Positions 61,644-64,000 of a stretch of DNA of 64,000 bases are shown in pieces. The translations under genes were made by a program, and so were the position numbers. The DNA is from Anthoceros angustus. Lineage: Eukaryota > Plantae > Anthocerotophyta. How positions within the stretch are numbered: position 1 is the first letter of the stretch; every line of letters begins with the position of its first letter. The DNA lies in NCBI GenBank assembly GCA_010909165.1, contig VJWM01000007.1, positions 434,001-498,000 of the forward strand. Direction: 5' to 3'. The notes beneath the pieces are model-generated. The model did not search any database. It was not told the DNA's origin and was given only the letters and a program-made list of their open reading frames with translations.

Positions 61644-63276
61644 TCAACCGATCATGTCAGAACTCCAATGCCGGACTTGCATTTACATCTTTAGCGTATG
61701 CACATGTGATTCTTACATAGTGGGCATATTGGGGTATTGTCCGCGGTGAAGGTCATATCGATCATCGTGGCATAGGCAATGGGCGCGGCATGCGGCGCCC
61801 ATTATTATCTTCGACATAAGCTATCTATTATATTTCTTAACTTGAATTTCTCCATCGCATGGATGCAAATCTCGTTTGCGCCGTAGTATTTTTCCGATGG
61901 GGTTTCAACCAAACCGTCGTTGTTGTTTAGTTATCGGTGGCATTGTCATTGATTCAACGCTTGTAGTCAAGAACCACTAAAGAGTTGGGCGGCATCGCGA
62001 GCTTGACATCTTGACACAATAAAGCTCAATAAAGTGGAGCCATGGCAAACCCTCAAGGATGGTATTCCGAATCACGGGGAGGCTCTCTTCCCCATGTTTC
62101 AAATCTCATACCCTAAACTTATCCATATTTTACCTTCCATCACCCGTACAAATGGCATTCATTATGGGTATTATTTAGAAAACTACTTGACCATGGAAGT
62201 CAATGACCATCGCCGGACAGTAGAACACATCCGGATACGCTTAGGGCCGTATCTTAGACCCTATTTTTCCAAAAATTGGCGTTACCATAACGTGCAAAAC
62301 CCCATTTCACTGCCCATCGAGAAGCCCCTTCGCCGTATATGTACCCTATAAGCCCCTTCTTGTATATTGAGCCGCTTCAAATATTAGCGTGTTTTTGTAC
62401 CTTAAGGATAAATGGAGCCCCCGATAAAAATGCTGATCTTATTGCTTCTATTGACTTATATTGCCATCATAACGATTTGTATGAATGAAGTTTGGCCAAC
62501 AAAGTCAGTTTACTCATATTGGGAAAGCTTTGAAGAGAAGGAAAATTTTAAATGAGCATGAGAAAGAGATTTCTAGGTTATGCAAGCATCTCGATGTATG
62601 TTTGCACAAATTTCAGACCATATCGGCAACAAACTAGATTTCCTGACGTCAAGATAGTGGTTGGTGGGTGAAGAAAAGAAGTAATGCATGGTTTTAGCAA
62701 TTTTGGACTTCGAGGTTGCGGACTCACTAGTAGGCTGTAATGTGATTGCGGATCGCGAGGGGCACGAGAGGGTGAGAGAGAGCGGCGGTGCTAGCATGCA
62801 CGCGAAGGAAGAATAAAAGCAGTTATAAATTTCACGGGAAATCCAAAGATATATACAAAGCTTGTGTAGGTGGTTATAATTGTTCATAAAACCACAAACA
62901 CTTAGTCAACCTAACTTAAGGTGACTTAACTATTTCATTACTCCCTCTTGGTTGCAATTAACAGATTTAAAAGTATATAAGAAATACAAAACCCCTAGAA
63001 CGGGTTCATATACAGACAGAACTCCAACAAAACACTTGAGTAGGATACGGGCTAAGTTGTTACGCCCAAATCCCCGTGTCCTCCGCTCACGCTCAAGCCC
63101 AGTCCTTGCGCTCATCCAGCTCACATCTTACGCTCCCTCTTGCTCCTGATAAAGCCATGGCGCTCCCACTGGGAGTCCATTGGCCGCCTCTCCCTCTTTG
63201 CTTTCTTTGCTGCTTCCAGTTCGATATCACCATCTTGGCTCTCTGGCTGTTGAGGTGTAAGCACTGCTGTCTGCTG

Positions 63277-63795
63277 ATGGAGCCTCCCACAGAGCATGTC
63301 CTCAGAGGTGTGGAGTGCCTCCATTGTGGCAGGGAATGGGTCCCTGCATCCAAGTTCTCTAGCAGACAGTGGGTTCTTCACCAGAAGATCTGTGAGTACC
63401 ACCCTAGTGACATCGACGCACCCAAGACGAAGGAGCAGCAGGCTCAAAAGGAATGGGCGAGAGTATACCTGAAAACCCTCACCCCTATAGGAGACAAGGC
63501 ACAACCTTACGACACTTCACCACTGGTATCCTTTGAGGGCAAATTGTCAAGGAGTGAGTATCAGGCTGCAATGATGAAAGCCAGGCCAGAAGAAAAGGGG
63601 GAGCTGGACTACTACTACAAATACCACATTTTCTGGGGATCAGAGAAACACCTGAGTAAGGAGGAGCAACAGATTCTGATGCGTGTGACTAACATACCTG
63701 GTTCAAGTGCTGAAGCTCCCTCTGCTGGCGATAAAGGGAAAAAGAGGAGATACGACGACCCTAACGATGAAGGACAGGCGCTTACATGTACGTGA
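63277..63795 (+). CDS. Hypothetical protein with a C2HC-type zinc-finger motif, probably retroelement-associated
   Basis: Open ORF 63076-63795, with a likely ATG at 63277: CLHCGREWVPASKFSSRQWVLHQKICEYHP. It is preceded by tgttacgccc at 63057, a typical Gypsy LTR start. Confidence 0.35.
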   Translation: MEPPTEHVLRGVECLHCGREWVPASKFSSRQWVLHQKICEYHPSDIDAPKTKEQQAQKEWARVYLKTLTPIGDKAQPYDTSPLVSFEGKLSRSEYQAAMMKARPEEKGELDYYYKYHIFWGSEKHLSKEEQQILMRVTNIPGSSAEAPSAGDKGKKRRYDDPNDEGQALTCT

Positions 63796-64000
63796 CTCCT
63801 TGCCTGAAGTTGCCTTACCTGAACACCTGCAGCCCTCCTGGATGAACTGAAGAAGATAGACCAATTGCTGCAGTGTCTGAAGAAGAAGATTAAGGACAAG
63901 GGATACCACATCAATCTATCAGCATGCTGCGAAGACTAGCAGGCTAGTGGGCAGTTCCTAGCTTTTGTGTAAGAGAGATTTGGCTAAGCCCTGCTGCAGT

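Larger units (their letters stand above)
52690..61810. mobile_element. Putative DNA transposon carrying a ParB-methyltransferase gene and a DDE transposase in divergent orientation (termini not identified)
   Basis: The two divergent genes share the CATG-palindrome repeat family, which also occurs once just beyond each stop codon (52699-52715 and 61781-61800). No TIR or TSD was found. Confidence 0.55.

Noticed and set aside
62990-63020. Possible right TIR of the MTase-transposase element (aaaacccct...tatacagac) resembling the 50-51.5 kb TIR
   Set aside because: The similarity is short and gapped, and no matching left end or TSD was found near 51.6-52.7 kb.

Overview
Eukaryotic, land-plant-type genomic DNA. 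Compact GT-AG introns, GC-rich exons and the gene set suggest a non-seed plant, but the species cannot be determined. Bases 1-14 kb hold three intact host genes: a 9-exon group-3 serine acetyltransferase (+), a peroxisomal long-chain acyl-CoA synthetase LACS6/7 (-) and a single-exon RLCK-XI-type kinase with a split catalytic domain (-). Bases 14.5-64 kb are transposon-derived: a six-copy ~1.75 kb tandem array made of Gypsy and Copia debris, a three-LTR tandem Copia dimer with one TSD nested in another Copia, a Copia whose two TSD-matched LTRs now face opposite ways, a third degenerate Copia and a 1.5 kb non-autonomous TIR element. The most striking part is ~52.7-61.8 kb. A frameshifted minus-strand gene there encodes a ParB-like (GGNH) domain followed by a prokaryote-type beta-class N4-cytosine/N6-adenine DNA methyltransferase. 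It is divergently paired with a DUF7869/CMC(Chapaev)-like DDE transposase, and both genes contain GC-rich arrays dense in CATG/GCATGC palindromes. This looks like a DNA transposon carrying its own amino-methyltransferase. The host genes are in frame while near-identical repeat copies differ by 1-bp indels, so many frameshifts and some duplications in the repeats may be long-read consensus errors. All domain calls come from manual motif reading, not database searches.
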